DNA from: a virus
Lineage: Duplodnaviria; Caudoviricetes
Virus record (IMG/VR): IMGVR_UViG_3300022867_000061
Coordinates: 1 to 26,478 of that record
Strand: one strand, 5' to 3'
Length of the DNA: 26,478 nt
Shown here in pieces: positions 24,935-26,478 of the stretch. The stretch's first letter is position 1, and each line of letters opens with the position of its first letter. A model generated the notes under the pieces. It was not told the origin of the DNA and did no database searches. It was given only the letters and a program-made list of their open reading frames with translations. The position numbers were made by a program, and so were the translations under genes.

Positions 24935-25131
24935 GTAGAGTATCTAAAAGAAAAATAAAAAAGTTTTTAACTTTAAATTTCTATAAGAATAAAGATTACT
25001 ATAACAAAGAACTTGAGTTAGCTATAGAAGTTATACAAGATTTTTTAAATTGTGATCCAGTTCATATAGGTAGACTACAAGGTAATACTTTTACTACAGT
25101 ATACGAGATAGATGGAGAGGAGGTGGAATAG
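24931..25131 (+). CDS. hypothetical protein
   Basis: ATGA overlap; AAGGA SD. Confidence 0.7.
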   Translation: MSRVSKRKIKKFLTLNFYKNKDYYNKELELAIEVIQDFLNCDPVHIGRLQGNTFTTVYEIDGEEVE

Positions 25132-25133
25132 CC

Positions 25134-25577
25134 ATGAAAAAAGAAATAACCATGAGAGAAAAAGTAGAAGTTTTATTACCAACCTTTAAGAGTGTTAAGA
25201 AAAAAAAGATAGATAAGATATTAAAGTATTGTGAAGTTGAAGCAGAGAATTTAAATGAAGTATCATGGAGTATTAATGAAGATGATGTATTTTCTAAAGA
25301 AGAGCACTTCAATTACATTAAATATAGTGAGGCAACAACAGAGTCAGTTGCGTTAGAACTTATTTATAATTTATATAGTGCCTTACAATATCAATCAAAA
25401 AATAAACTAACACAAAGGAATCTTACAAATGTTTTTAATAATTTTCATGAGAAAATATTTGATGCAGAAAGAGTGGACTTTCATATAGGGTGTTTCTCCT
25501 ACCCTAACTGTGACATCGATCCAAATGGATGTAGTTTTCAAAGAGAAGATCCAGAACCCTATGGTCACAGGGACTAA
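25134..25577 (+). CDS. hypothetical protein with C-terminal H.GC.SYPNCD....GC motif
   Basis: GGAGGT SD; 147 aa. Confidence 0.7.
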   Translation: MKKEITMREKVEVLLPTFKSVKKKKIDKILKYCEVEAENLNEVSWSINEDDVFSKEEHFNYIKYSEATTESVALELIYNLYSALQYQSKNKLTQRNLTNVFNNFHEKIFDAERVDFHIGCFSYPNCDIDPNGCSFQREDPEPYGHRD

Positions 25578-25583
25578 TCTATT

Positions 25584-25697
25584 ATGAAAAGTAAAATACT
25601 ACTTATAATTTTTTTGTGTCTAACTTCCTGTAAGAGTCTAGACTTTAATCCAACAACAACTATACTTAAACATATAATAACTAGCAAGGATAAATAA
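25584..25697 (+). CDS. 37-aa putative micro-lipoprotein
   Basis: MKSKILLIIFLCLTSC: basic N-terminus, hydrophobic stretch, LTSC lipobox; TAATG coupling downstream. Confidence 0.6.
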   Translation: MKSKILLIIFLCLTSCKSLDFNPTTTILKHIITSKDK

Positions 25698-26011
25698 TGA
25701 TTAGATTAATAAAAGTAACACAAGAGCATATAAACAAAGGTACACCAGAATGTAATTTGCTATGTCCAATAGCATTAGCTTTAATGGAAGAATATAAAAC
25801 TGATGATGTTGACGCTGATTATTTTCACGTTGCAGATTTACGTGTTGATAACAAGAAGTTAAGGATTCAAAAAAATCAACAAGAATATGTTGCAGATTTT
25901 ATGAAATCATTTGATCAGTTTATATATAATATAGGTGATGAAGACGATGTACAAACACCTACACCATTTACATTAAGAATAGTAGAAAGAAAGAAAAGAC
26001 TTGACAAATAA
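25697..26011 (+). CDS. hypothetical phage protein (IKVT..HI..G......CPIALA motif)
   Basis: AAGGA SD; 104 aa. Confidence 0.75.
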   Translation: MIRLIKVTQEHINKGTPECNLLCPIALALMEEYKTDDVDADYFHVADLRVDNKKLRIQKNQQEYVADFMKSFDQFIYNIGDEDDVQTPTPFTLRIVERKKRLDK

Positions 26012-26029
26012 GAATAAATCTGATAGAGG
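26001..26029 (+). promoter_or_regulatory. possible sigma70 promoter for the replication module
   Basis: TTGACA-17-TAGAGG with TG extension; -10 is weak. Confidence 0.4.
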
Positions 26030-26031
26030 GA

Positions 26032-26244
26032 ATGATGATGATGAAAAAATACAAAGTAAGATTATTTGGGCTAGGCATAGATGCAAAAGCATTGATACCA
26101 TTTCCATACGAACCAACACTAGATATGATTGAGAATGCAGTTGCTGAATATTTAAACGAAGGACTAATGAAGATAGAAGCTGACAACTTCTATAATAAAG
26201 AAAGGTATACAATAGTATACGAGGAAATGCCAGTTGAATTATAA
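26032..26244 (+). CDS. hypothetical protein
   Basis: GAGG SD; tandem ATGs make the exact start uncertain. Confidence 0.7.
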   Translation: MMMMKKYKVRLFGLGIDAKALIPFPYEPTLDMIENAVAEYLNEGLMKIEADNFYNKERYTIVYEEMPVEL

Positions 26245-26478
26245 GCAACAGCTTGCTGTTATAGAAGGGCTATTCATTCCACCAGATACATCTGTTAGAA
26301 TGGATTGTCCTTTTTGTCATGGTAAGAATACCCTATCAGTAGATACAGCTTCCAATAATATAAATTGGTTTTGCTTTCATGCTGCCTGTAAAGCTAAAGG
26401 TAAGTACACAGGTGAGAAAGATATGAATTATGTAAACTCAACATTCAATACTAATAATAAAACAAATGATGTACACTT
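26234..26478 (+). CDS. DNA primase, N-terminal Zn-binding domain (partial; absent from ORF track)
   Basis: GAGG SD plus TTG; RMDCPFCHGKNTLSV......WFCFHAACKAKG; open to the window end. Confidence 0.8.
   Translation, partial: MNYKQQLAVIEGLFIPPDTSVRMDCPFCHGKNTLSVDTASNNINWFCFHAACKAKGKYTGEKDMNYVNSTFNTNNKTNDVH

Noticed and set aside
18801-26248. Minus-strand ORFs in the early arm (18801, 19298, 22533, 22640, 25094, 25968, 25973)
   Set aside because: Antisense shadows of SD-led, coupled plus-strand genes.
1-26478. CRISPR array, tRNA, integrase, phage RNA polymerase, intron or intein
   Set aside because: No regular repeat-spacer array, cloverleaf or diagnostic motif was seen by eye; TerL and portal are uninterrupted.

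Overview
This window is part of an AT-rich tailed-phage genome, most likely a marine podovirus resembling the HMO-2011/cobavirus-like group. An alphaproteobacterial host such as SAR11 is inferred from the low GC and an alpha-type LexA box. The left arm (1-15103, minus strand) is a contiguous morphogenesis operon: a basic protein, TerS-like protein, TerL, small basic proteins, portal, putative ejection proteins, scaffold, major capsid, decoration protein, adaptor, nozzle and a partial tail fibre. A ~700-bp non-coding hub (15104-15816) holds a mirror-image pair of sigma70 promoters, a hairpin shared by both predicted transcripts, CCTAG repeats and G/C runs; it may be the genome-end or packaging region. 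A single minus-strand orphan gene follows, then a plus-strand early arm (16992-26478) of many small genes driven by at least 8 TTGACA-17-TAnnnT promoters, ending in a partial Zn-finger primase. The most notable signals are three promoter-inside-terminator cassettes with the same geometry, the mirror promoters with a shared boxB-like hairpin, a LexA box at the early divergence point, several uncalled membrane micro-peptides plus a micro-lipoprotein, and a gene overprinted on the portal tail. No tRNA, CRISPR, integrase or RNA polymerase was seen. Family assignments come from motif recognition, not database searches.
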